DNA of 56,146 bases, counting the filler, from Bipalium vagum (lineage: Eukaryota): the NCBI GenBank assembly GCA_037834085.1. It is 3 parts of 3 records of this genome, joined end to end, with 100 filler letters (N's around TTAATTAATTAA, not from the genome) between each part and the next. Parts side by side here need not be neighbours in the genome. Positions count along the whole stretch, not along the records: positions 19,747 to 38,317 come from JBBMKC010025275.1; 2 more parts are not named here. The stretch is one strand, 5' to 3'. Numbering within the stretch: the stretch's first letter is position 1; the number at the start of each line of letters is the position of its first letter. Below the pieces are notes generated by a model. It ran no database searches. It saw only the letters and a list, made by a program, of their open reading frames with translations, and was not told where the DNA came from. This document shows positions 26,678 through 38,317 of the stretch, piece by piece. The position numbers and the translations under genes are program-made.

Positions 26678-28673
26678 TATATTGTTCAGAAAGTTTTGCT
26701 CGATTTTTGTTTATATACATTAAAAAGTAAATACAAATAACTTTTTTAAAGATTATTTAATATCATATAGCATTTAAAATCTTACATATTATTTTCTTTA
26801 AAGTATTAAGTACCTTTTTCCTATTTAAATGTAGGATGTCGTGTCGCGGTTTGAGCCAAATGTTGAGCAACTGAAACTGTTGGAAAAGTTAATAAAGCTT
26901 GGGACCATGGTACTGTAAATCTGTCAATAGTACGACCAGAACAGTTGGAATCAGAAGTTCCATAATGGAGATTTATTCCTTGAAGATGCGGAACGAATTA
27001 GCCGTCCTTCCAAACTTGATGACAAGGAATTATTTGCTCTAATGGAAGAGTATACACGAACAACAAAAAGAAAACTTATCAAAAGTCTTGATGTCTATAT
27101 TGCAATCGTTTCCTCCTGACAATACCCGTCCGCACATAACAAAGCAAACTATGAATAAGCTGAAAAACTTAAAATTGAAATTCCGCCACATTACTCACCT
27201 GATCTCTCGTCAACTAATTTCCATTTATTCTAACATTTACAAAATTATTTGAATGGAAAAAGATTTCAGAACGAAGAGGTGCTAAAAACTGAATTTAAAC
27301 AGTTTCTCCAGGTCTACTGAATTCTGTTGCATAGGAATGGAAAATCTATCGATTCATCTTATGATGTTTTCAAATGAATGTATTAGGTCTACAAATATGA
27401 CTCCGCCGTTTTTACCCTTATTTAAAATCAAATAAATAAAAAACAACCAAAGCAAATTTATAAAAGATTTTTATTAAAAATAATTTCCTTCACTCATGAA
27501 AACGTTTTCCCAAAGTTGTGGCAGTTTATGTATGCCATCATAGAAAAAATTATTTGATTTAGAGGCAATCCAATGATCTAGCCATTTTTTTACATCCTCA
27601 TAAGTCATAAAGCTGTGCTCTGACAGACAATGTGCCATCGAACGGAATACTAAGATAATCCGACGGAACAATGTCTGAAGAGTATGGCGGGTGGGGTAAG
27701 ACATCTCATTTCAACTATTTTATAGCCTCATCAACGATTTTTCCGACATGAGGCCGAGCGTTGTCATGAAGCAATATTATCTTCCCTTATCTATCTTATT
27801 TCTTCGTTTAGTTCCATTAACTGCTGTTGATAGCAATTGGCAGTCACGGTTTCACCAGGTTTCAGAAATTCGTAGAACAGGATACCTTTTTGATCCTATC
27901 ATATGCATAAAAATACTTTTTCCCATGAATGTTGCGCTTTGGAGTTGATTTTGTCAGCTAACCTGGATCAACCCAAGATTTTTTTTGTCTGGGATTGGAG
28001 AAATATATCCATTTTTCATCACCATTTACTATACGATGAAGTTAAGATTTTCTTTTGTTTATTTTGATCAAAATTTTGCATGTGGTTTTTCTCTGCTCTT
28101 GGATTCTTTCTGTTAATGCATGAGGCATCCACTTTCTCACCTTTAGAATCTTTCCTAAACCACGTAAACGATTGGAGATTGTTTGTTGGGAAACATTCAA
28201 TAAAGCAGCTAATTGTACCTGAGTTTGACAGTCGTCTTCGTCCAACAAGTCGTACAAATCAGGGTCTTCAATTTTTTTTGGTGGATTTCCGTGGGCATTG
28301 TCATTAAGGTTAAAATTACCCGTTTTGAATTTTTGAAACCATTTCCGACATGTTCTTTCAGCTAAAGAATTGTTGCCATAAGCCTGTACTAGTAATTTAT
28401 ATGCTTTGGCAACATTTTTCTTTAAATTAAAGAAAAATAATAAAGCTTCCCGGCACAAATATTGTCATCTAAAATAGGAAATAATTAATGATGTGCAAAC
28501 TAATTAAAAAATTATTATATTATTATAATTAGCGCTCAAGTGAATATTATTTAAACAACAACAAATATACAAAAAAATAATTTCATTTTAATTCTTATTA
28601 TAAAAAATAAGAACGGAGTAGTCATATTTGTAGACCTAATGCAAAAAACGTGCAAAACTTTTCGAACCTCATA
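26678..28673 (+). mobile_element. Older, internally deleted mariner hosting the 27383-28639 element
   Basis: Left end TATATTGTTCAGAAAGTTTTGCTCGATTTTTG matches the reverse complement of the right end TATGAGGTTCGAAAAGTTTTGCACGTTTTTTG. Remnants KFHNGDLFLEDAER..RP, DNTRPH, YSPDLSSTNFHLF lie in 26880-27350. Confidence 0.8.
27383..28639 (-). mobile_element. Near full-length mariner (Mos1/mauritiana-like), inactivated
   Basis: 28-bp TIRs TTAGGTCTACAAATATGACT(C/A)C(G/T)CCGTT with TA/TG flanks, 1257 bp. Transposase motifs TCRKWFQKFKTGNF, DEDDCQTQ, WMPHAL, HRIVNGDEKWI, LLHDNARPH, HPPYSSDIVPSDY, broken by stops and frameshifts. Confidence 0.95.
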
Positions 28674-30009
28674 AATTTATTCGAAAAAATGCCTTGTATT
28701 TTTGATAGTAAGCTAATTTATATTAACCATGTATGAAGCGATTAATTATACTGAAGAAAATATTGAAACTGGGATTTCTTTACGAAAATAATAATTATTG
28801 ATATTTTTTCTTTTAATTGGTTTATTTTTATTGATAATATGCATATAGAATTGTATGATTTTTTATGTTTTCCTAAAAATAACTACCGTTAAAAATCGTT
28901 AAATTTAAACAAATAACTCAGCTCAAAAACAACATCATTAGTTAAAAAAAGAACAGCCAGGATTAATACAATTTTGTAACAAGATAAAGGTTTTTTTCTA
29001 AAATAAAGATCAGACAACACTTCAAAAGGGCGATCTTTTTGATTATTGTTGAACATGTATAACATGATTTTTGAAGATGCATCTTAAACATCATTGGTTT
29101 TATAATTGTTCAGTTTTTAAAAGAATACTGATCAGATTATGTTAAGATTTCTTTTTTATCTGAACTCACTTTTGAACTAATTAATTTTAAACATTTTTGC
29201 AAGATATCTGATACAATAATGAAGACGGAGTGTCAGGAGCAGTAGGATTAGATGGAAAACTTTCCATTAAGTCAGAATATAAGTATAACAAACTCTAGAC
29301 GAGGTTTCTGAATATCGACCTACTTTTTCGACTTTCCAATGTACCTCAACTTATCAGAGACCGCTGTCTGCTTACACCAATGATGACTAACCTTTCAGTC
29401 TTTCTGGGCCCCATTGAAAGAATCTAATTTTGTTTGGGACAAACCAATAAAAATACAATATAATTTTAAATTAATCATCGGTTAATCATTATTTAATTAT
29501 TAAACTAACTTTTAACCTTCACTCTTAACCGAATAAATAAAATAACTCTTATTTCTCCATAAAATAGGTAGAATATTATAATCCATTTTACTTTAATTAT
29601 GTTACACCAAAAAGAAAAAATAATAAATTAATTAAATTATTTATTATTAGTTACAATTTTTTCTTTTTTAATATATAAATATTATTGCTCAACATTTAAT
29701 CAGATACAAAAATAAAAACTGTTTATGGCACTTTTAATTTAACTATATTACTCCCGTTTGAGAAAAGGTAATTAAGACTCAAATACTTTTTTGACGGTTG
29801 CCTCTTGTTGTTAGGCTTGCAATTATCGTTAATCTATCACCAATATTTTCAAGTAATTACTTTTTAATTAATTTTAGACGATTTCTCTTCTTGCTCACCA
29901 ACGTGACCACAAAACCTTCGTTCGATATACAGAACCCTCTTCTAGAGTTCGTTAAAGATATATATGTTCAAACTTTAATTGTCTGTAATATCAATTTATA
30001 AATAAAATA

Positions 30010-30660
30010 AATTTCGGTTACTACAAAACTTAAACTTTATTTTTTCAAACATCAATTACAATTTAATCATCAAAGTAATTTTCCATTGTTGGCAATGACC
30101 TTCTGTCATCGTCCTGGGAGCTAGTGGATTCCACCAAGAGTTGTGTGTGTGTATTTGAAGACAATAAAGTCATCGATGAATTTTCAGATATCTGATACAT
30201 CTCGAAACCTATGTCTAGTCAAAGAATGTTGCATTGACCTGAACAGATTATTATCTGAAGGCTCCAAGTCTGACGAGTAAGTGGTATAACGAAGAACATT
30301 CCAGTTGAACTTGGAGGTGGTTTCCTGTGTCACAACAGCAACTTTTTTTTTGTCCACTAAAACACCTTTTTCACAAATTTCTTTACTCAAACGCTTTAAT
30401 CGATTATTGTATCTTTATGCATTAATTGTTTGACACTATTTTAAAAATTCACAATATACGTAGTAAGCATTTGTTGTTGTAGATTTTTTGCTTTGCTGTG
30501 AAAGTAGATGGTTCTCTGGGACTTATCCATGAAGTTAAGTTTAAGATTCTCGTACTGAATTAACTTTTTGTCATCAGTAACAAATTTCCAAAAAAATTCT
30601 TTTAAGGTGCCTTGTAAATAGAGAAAGACATTCTGAGTCGTTCAATAGTGTTGATTTCGA
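30010..30660 (-). mobile_element. Mariner remnant
   Basis: FVTDDKK and YSSDLEPSDNNLFRSMQHSL motifs. Confidence 0.8.
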
Positions 30661-31189
30661 AAAACTAATGTGTTTTCTGTATTCATTTTATTGTGTGATT
30701 TTTTATAACGGTTTGGTTTGAATGAAAGTATAGAAAGAAAAGGAATCAGATTAAAAACGATATTGTGGAGCACCCCACAATAAACATTATATTTTTTAGT
30801 GTTGTTAACAATAAACATTTTTTTTTGTTTGATCATTGACTGTTGAATTTAAAAAACACTTAATATTGTGATTTTTATTTCTTGTGAAAGATTATAACTG
30901 TCGATCTTTACTCTTCTTCTTATTATTATTATTACTGATATTATTATGAGAAATTATAAAATGAAAAATAATAGTAAAACTAAAATTAGAAACCTTAGGT
31001 TACTACATATAGGAAAAATGTGAAAAATAATAATAATAAGTTTTATGATAGAAAATAAAATATAATAAATTATATTTTAAGTACTTTAGTACTTTCCAAA
31101 AATAGAAAAATAAAGAAAATAATCATAAGTGTTACTATTATACTAAAATGTAGCAACATGTGCTCGTCTGCTCGTGATTTCTCACTTTG

Positions 31190-31961
31190 TGTAACTCGTT
31201 GTGTTCGAAATCCCTCTCAACTCCTTTGAATGTAAAACACCCTCCACTATACAATATCCGCTCCCTCAATAATCAATTCGAAATATTTAAAATAAAACTT
31301 TATTTGTATTAAAAATTACAAATATTAAATCGATCACAAAAGAAATGTTATTATGGATAAACTGAAATCTCGCTACTACTGAATGTAAATTTAATAATAA
31401 TAATAATAATTTAATAATAAAATTGACAAAAAAAAATCAAAATCGATCTCACCGAGAGAGACAAGGGGTCCTCGGGTCACCCTCTAGGCCCTTCTCAGGT
31501 CGCATAGGGGCTCCCTAACTGGCGGGGTCCCCTTGTAAAAAATCCGACTGCATAATTTTGGACATTGGTAAAACATTTACTGTGGTCGTCCTCTGGATTC
31601 CTCTAACAGTGTCCTCTGGAATTTTTGGGCGACTTAACGGGAATAGCCGTCTCCTTTTATAGGCGTAGGGATTGGTCTACGATCACCAATCCCTACTCAG
31701 AGACGACTATAGCTTCTGACTATCTCCACGCCGAGATAGTCTCCTGATCCCATGAAAAATAATCCCCACGACGGGATTTCCCCATCACCAATCAACAAGA
31801 ATGATCCCATGGAAAAATAATTCCCATGAGGGGATTTCCCCTTACTAATTAATGAGAAAAAAATTTCCTCCTTTTATTTGAAAAAAAAAATTTTTTTTGT
31901 ATTATTATTATTATTATCGAAATTATTATTATTAAAAATTATTATTTTTCAAAACCCAACA
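31190..31961 (-). mobile_element. Probable solo LTR (772 bp)
   Basis: Minus-strand termini TGTTGG...GTTACA flanked by a 5-bp direct repeat CTTTG (31185-31189, 31962-31966). In order on the minus strand: tandem enhancer-like repeats, CCAAT boxes, TATAAAA (31655-31661), AATAAA (31299-31304). Locally GC-rich. Confidence 0.6.
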
Positions 31962-33071
31962 CTTTGAAGAGATTAAAAATGATGTCAAATATTGCACCGA
32001 AATGTTTTCTAATAATGAAGCAATAAAACAACTTTAATGTAATTAAACAAACGAATTACTCTGACTCAATCTAATATTAAAATGAGACAGAAAAAATAAG
32101 TTGATCTCTTAGGCAAGTTCCTGAAGAATAAGTTTAACAGGCTGGAGAAACACCAATGATTTAAAAAGAACATTTTATGATATTCTTGGTGATCGATTAA
32201 GAAAGATCATCGAATGAATGATGGTTTTGCGGCCAATACATGAAAAAATGATTGTCGATAAACTTAGTAAATAAAGATAAAGTAGATAAAGACGTAAGGT
32301 GACTCCCTTAATTTCCAGCCTCATAAAAAACTAATGAATATAGAAAAAAAGAACAACGAACGTTTTAAAAATCCTCCTTGGAAAATTCCATTAATATATT
32401 TATAGAATCAGGAAACGAATTATATTTGGATCTAAATGGACTTTGCAAGACTTAATTACGTATCCCAAAGACAAGAAATTCTGATGTGAAAAGAAATGTT
32501 CGACAAGGAAAATTTTATTTCAGTTCAACAGATTTGGATAAATTATGGTGTACCTTTACTTGACGGGCAGAGAAAAGAAAGTTTTTGGCTAATTGTTAGG
32601 TGCGATTAAAAATGGATTTATTTTCATTACCCTGAATGAAAGAAATCATTTTGTCCGACCCAATAATAAAAATATAACAATAAGATTATATTTAATATTT
32701 GGTGAGATATGAAAGACGTTAATTTTATCATGAACATTTGAAATGGAACGAAGAGTACGATATCAGCAACTAACAAAATTAAATGATGAATTGATTAAAA
32801 CAAGACATGGACTAGCCAGAAATCGATATAAATTCCTTTGCATGACATATCAGACTATTTTCTTCAATAGTCGAGCAAACATTGTTAGTCCTGGAATGGG
32901 AAAGTTTTTCAAAATCAGCGTACTTTGCATACAGAGCTCCAACAGGTTTTCATTTATTCGGGTCAATGACGTTCTTGAAGAATATTCCATTTAATTTGTA
33001 CAAAGATCTTCTAACTTGGGTGTCAAATCGGACTCATAATAATAAAGAATCATTTTATTAAGGCACATGAT

Positions 33072-33525
33072 ATTATTTTATTGATTTTCAGCAGGTTTTG
33101 TTTAAATAACAACAGATTTTAGTACGTTTTTTAAAAAAATTATACACCAAATGTTTTCTTCTGAGTTTGCAGACAATAGTGATTATTTTGTAACACCATA
33201 ATAAGAATAAAAATAAAGATAATTTTTTTATACATTACATTTAGAAATTGTAAATTTAATCAATTTATTATCATGTTTTTATTGAGTCACATTATATTAA
33301 TTTATTGATTTATCAGTTTTTGTTTAAATAACAACAGATTTTAGTACATTTTTGAAAAAATAAATTTTATACAACAAATGTCTTCTCTTGATATTGCAGG
33401 CAATAATGATTTTTTTGTAACATCGAAATCGGAGTAAAAATAAAAATAAAATATTATTAAAACAACATTTTTTATACATTACATTCAGAAATTGTAAATT
33501 TAATTAATTTATTATCATTTTTTTT
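33072..33525 (+). repeat. Diverged tandem duplication, 2 x ~225 bp
   Basis: Shared blocks TTTGTTTAAATAACAACAGATTTTAGTAC and TTTTTTATACATTACATT.AGAAATTGTAAATTTAAT.AATTTATTATCAT. Confidence 0.9.
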
Positions 33526-34941
33526 CATCTAGTTCATTTAAATTAACGTATAATTTGTAAAAATTAATAGATGTTATCAGATTTTCTTTTTTCTTATTTC
33601 AACATTTTTTTATGAAAAGAGAAAGAAATGTTTTTAATTGGTATATCTCAATTAGTAGTGGTTCGGATATTAAAAGAATTAAGGAAATTGTAAAAATATG
33701 GCATAATTACAGGATTATTTGGAGAAAATTCAATAAGGATTTTTTGCATTTTTTTTCTTTTTCAATAATGAAAAATTAACAAAAAATAATGTTTGATCTT
33801 TCGATTTTAATTGTATAAAAAGAGAGAGTACTTTTACAAAGTACTTTTTAATAATAAAAAATTTTTTACAGAAAAAATGTAACATATATTTTTACATAAT
33901 TGAAAAAAATTGGTATTTATGAAATAAAAATAATAAAATATTACTAATTAAAATATTTTTCCGACCATCAGCAGTGGTATTATTACTTTCTTTTGTTATA
34001 CACGAATCGGCAAAAGTAACGCCCTTTTTTATCCAGTAATATTTTTCTTACAATAATTTATTCTAATAGTTAAAGAAACAATTAGAAGAACGATTTATTG
34101 AAAGATTTAACCAACATGTTCCTTCTATGTGCAATACAATCCTGAACTCTGTCAGTATCATTTCAACAAATATTTTCACTCATTTCTGCGTTAAATACTG
34201 ACAATCTATCGGTAGTATCTTGTTTTAATTCTGGTTATAGGTTATAAGATTATTCTGGTTATCTGGTTATAAGATTTTTCAATACTCCTGAATAAAAGCT
34301 GGGTGGTGTCATATCTGGTGACATTTGTAGTCACTCCAATGGCTTAAAACCAATAATAAATAGTTTGTATTTTCATATTTTCTAATTTAATTCAATTCTT
34401 CTTTATCTTTTCTTCTTCAGGTTCTAAACCTTTTCTTTCAATTTTTCAAATATTCAAAGAATCGAACCCTCTTAACTCCAGTAAGCACAAACCCTTTTGA
34501 AATAAAATGAGAAATAGAATTAAAGAAAAGTTTTTTTGGTCCTATTTGTTCTTTTAAAAATTTTTTTTATTTTTCTCTTATTAGGATTGTTATTGGGATT
34601 GAAATAATAATAAGACATTTAATTTCACTTTAACTGTTTTTCAGAAATATAATCATTGTTTAAATAATATTAAAAGATAATCGACGAATTCAAATTTCAA
34701 CCAGTAAGTTAATATCATGGATTCGTTTGTTTCGTTCTTTATTTGTCAGCTTTAGTATGGAAGATTGGAACACGCTTAATGAAAAGTAACAAAATATCCC
34801 ATTTTTTGACATAATAAATTATCTTTTTTCATAAAATTTATTTCAAAGCTTCTCTGTATTTGAAATTATTTTACTTTTATTTTTATTTCTTCAAAGAGAA
34901 CTTTCATTGGTTATTTTAAAAATACTTAAGTATTCTTTAAA

Positions 34942-35143
34942 NNNNNNNNNNNNNNNNNNNNNNNNNNNNNNNNNNNNNNNNNNNNNNNNNNNNNNNNNNN
35001 NNNNNNNNNNNNNNNNNNNNNNNNNNNNNNNNNNNNNNNNNNNNNNNNNNNNNNNNNNNNNNNNNNNNNNNNNNNNNNNNNNNNNNNNNNNNNNNNNNNN
35101 NNNNNNNNNNNNNNNNNNNNNNNNNNNNNNNNNNNNNNNNNNN
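34942..35143. other. Assembly gap
   Basis: Run of 202 N. Confidence 0.99.
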
Positions 35144-35219
35144 TTTTCAATATTTATTTCTTAATAAAATGAAATTAATTTGAGAAAAAATAAAATAATA
35201 ATTAAAAAAGTCATAAAAA

Positions 35220-35600
35220 CTTAAAATATTTCTTGAGTAACCTTAGCAACACGTGGCCTGGCACTGTCTCCATCAAAGTATGATTAATTTTCAATTTAGC
35301 AGAGCTGGTCTATGTCGAATGATGATAATATATGTTGACAGTAACCATTTTGCACCCAGTTTAACAATTCACAATATATAACCCGATGTATGTCTCAACA
35401 TTTACGTCTTTCGATGGCTTAGATTTAGTTAGAAAACTTGGTCTTTGGTTATCAATTGAGCCCTGTTGTCTAAATTGAAATAGAAAATCGTTCATTCATT
35501 CTCAGTTTCGACACATTACAAATATGAACACAATTTTTGTCTGGTGTTAATATCAATCGGCTTGTAGTCAGAATTAGAAGACATTTCTTGAATATATTTT
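35220..35600 (-). mobile_element. Mariner remnant
   Basis: DSARPRVAKVTQE (degenerate DNARPH) and an upstream degenerate catalytic-core segment. Confidence 0.6.
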
Positions 35601-35789
35601 ATTAAGTGATAAAACAAATAATATTTAAACAAATTTTCTCAGACCTGGACATTTCTTTTTTTATTAAATTTTAAAAATAATTTTAATTTTAAATTTTCAT
35701 TCCTACTTTTTAAAGATTTAAAATAATTAAAATATTTAAAATAAATAAAAAATTCCCCAGGTCTGATAAGCCTCCTCATATCTGGTAAA

Positions 35790-36000
35790 TGATGAAGACG
35801 AGATGATAATTCTATGTGAAAGCAAGGAAAGGACCGATAGAAATAGCTGAGTTGTTGGGGTTGTCTATTCAAACTATTTACAAACGGATTGAAAGAAATG
35901 AAAAATGTCTGGAGTGACATATTGCTTTCTTGGAGACAATCAAAAAAGTAGGAAGTAAAGAAAACAGTAAAACCGAGCAGGTTTTGCAGTTTGCGGAATC
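35790..36000 (+). mobile_element. Tc1/IS630-like HTH remnant
   Basis: GPIEIAELLGLSIQTIYKRIER helix-turn-helix pattern with stops nearby. Confidence 0.5.
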
Positions 36001-36749
36001 GTTCAGAATGATAATTCTTTAAAAGAGACAGCTATCTATAATAATAAAAGTTTGGGTGGGTCAAATATTCTGATAGACTAAGAACAACGAGCATGCGCCT
36101 GGATAGACAAATGGTTCGCAAGGCGTTGAAAAATGGCAAATCGTCTTTAAGTAAACTGTGCCGCGGATCGTAAAAAAAAAGAAGTCATATCATAAATATT
36201 CATAAATAAGATCATTTTGATTTTTCTTTGCTTTACGAGATTAACTAAGACTTATTTAATATAACAACCTCTAGATATGTCAAGTGTACTGAGATTGTGC
36301 CAATAGCATTCAAAGTATTATCAATAAATGTGAAAAAACGATGAAAGAATGCCTTGAACCTCATACATTTAATATTGTTGTTATTATTAGAGATTTATAA
36401 TATTATATATTACTTATTATGAGATAAAATATAATATTAAATATGCAGTGGCTAAGGTTTACATAATAATATTATTTTATTACTATTTTCTTCATTTTCC
36501 AATTTCCAAAGGAAATAAAATTATTGCTTACATTTTCCTCTTTACTTTTGTTTCCTTTGTGTTCTCACATATTATGATGAATCTATCGTAACAAAAGAGA
36601 TAATATTAATATTAATATAACAATTAATGATAGGCATCGTAACAGCAATAGAATTGACTTGGAGCCTTGTTTCTCCATGCTGTTACGATGCATAATGGAA
36701 AAAAATTTATCTGAGTCAGGAAGTAAATTGTTTTATTCATTCATTCATT

Positions 36750-36918
36750 CATAATGGTTACCTAAGCAAGTCAAGTTTACAATCTCTGCCAACCTTGTGT
36801 GTACAACATTTTGCAAAAATCAATACATTTATTTGAAATCGATGATGCATTGAAATATTTCATGACTGATTGCAAAGCTTTTCATTTTAATTTTTGTGAT
36901 TTCTCACATTTTAATTAA
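36750..36918 (+). pseudogene. Degenerate tandem copy of the PAN-domain exon
   Basis: VT*ASQVYNLCQPCVYNILQKSIHLFEIDDALKYFMTDCKAFHF aligns without gaps to AIESNQTYISVQSCAFNTLKTSPALSKVECALKCFMAECKAFQF. There is a TAA at 36763 and two PAN cysteines are lost. Confidence 0.7.
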
Positions 36919-37398
36919 AAATAATAAAAAAGAAGAAAGATAAAACGTAGAGGTTATCTTTCATATTTAACTAAATATTTATTCTTTGTTGACAAATCAT
37001 TGTAATAAAACGTGTCCCCTCAACATTTAGTTCTCCAAATTGCTATTATTATCCTGTTCCAGAATTTTGAAGGAAGGTCAATTATTCCTCATTATCATCT
37101 TATTTCGTTCATATTCACACACGTATATTTTGACATATTATTATGAACATATTAATTGTGATAATAGTAATAATAATAAGAAATTATAACAAATAATAAT
37201 GATAAATGATAATAATAAATGTAAACATTACCAAACACCACGAGGGAATAATATTTACAAGCAGAGAGGTTTATTTCTTTCCATTATTAAAAGTAAGCAC
37301 AAATAATTCCAACTAATATTTCCGTTGTCAAGGAACAAATTTGCTTCTCTATTATAAATCGTTTTACTACTGTAAGAAAATTGTATAATTTTATTTCC

Positions 37399-37677
37399 AT
37401 GTTTCTGAGAATGGTTCTAACCTTTTTGCCGATAATTGCCATCGAATCCAACCAAACTTACATTTCCGTTCAATCTTGTGCGTTCAATACTTTGAAAACA
37501 TCACCAGCGTTATCCAAAGTTGAGTGCGCATTGAAATGTTTCATGGCTGAGTGCAAAGCTTTCCAATTTGATGTCCTCACGTCGTTATGCCGCTTGTATG
37601 AGTTCCGAGAGATATGCCAATCCAATACTCAATGTGAAAAAGTGACAATATTTATCAATAATCGATATAATGGGAAG
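37399..37677 (+). CDS. Secreted PAN/apple-domain protein, exon 1
   Basis: ATG at 37399, short hydrophobic leader MFLRMVLTFLPIIAIES, PAN signature S..ECALKC....CKAFQF.....CRLY. Ends at AAG|GTTGGT (phase 0). Confidence 0.75.
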
Positions 37678-37721
37678 GTTGGTGGTTTTTGAATACTTTT
37701 TTTTATTGATTTTCTGTTCAG

Positions 37722-38317
37722 CACCATTCTGATATCGGCAGTTTTCGATATAAAATTTTAAATAATTTTTTAGTAAAGCCAAATTACAGAATTACACTGA
37801 CATATGAACTGGTGGACAGGTCTCGAGCCTCTGCTTTGGCTATTGGTCAGAACAATTCTATTATAATGGTCATGGGCAATTATAAAGGGTCGGTAATGTT
37901 TGCTGTACCTTTATATAATTTACAAAGTTTGTATGATAATCTTGTTTCATTTATCACGAAAAATAAGTGCACAAATCATCAAAAGTGCGCGGATATATTG
38001 ACTGAAAAGCACATTGAATTGAACAAAAAGAATTTGATTTTAAACATAATTTCAAAATCTTTGGACTACGAAAAATTGAAAGAGAAGATCGAGAAGAACA
38101 ATTGGAACTTTATTATGTTTAGCTTTGATGAATTCAGGAATTCTACTTCGATAAAAAAGTTGTTACGTCTTTACGGAATCTGTCTGACGGGGTTGAAAGA
38201 TGAAACAGATTTGACAATTCGAGATAATATTTGTAAGGATATCAATGTCAAGTCTCATAAATGTATGGACGGAGATAGTGACAACCTTGTGGATGACGGA
38301 TCATTTCCTCTTACTAT
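37722..38317 (+). CDS. PAN-domain protein, exon 2 (unrecognised C-terminal region; truncated by the scaffold join)
   Basis: 44-nt intron (37678-37721) with a long poly-T tract and TTCAG acceptor. The frame is open from HHSDIGSFRYK... through the 37812 ORF up to the N run (~198 codons with no stop in very AT-rich DNA). Confidence 0.7.

Noticed and set aside
31149-31270. Alternative 105-bp mini-LTR (TGTAG...TACA) with a PPT-like purine tract
   Set aside because: No partner LTR or TSD. The 31190-31961 boundaries have a TSD and explain the TATA and polyA signals better, though this alternative is not excluded.
31461-31536. tRNA gene
   Set aside because: No TTCRA T-loop or D-loop GG in proper position on either strand; loops too short.
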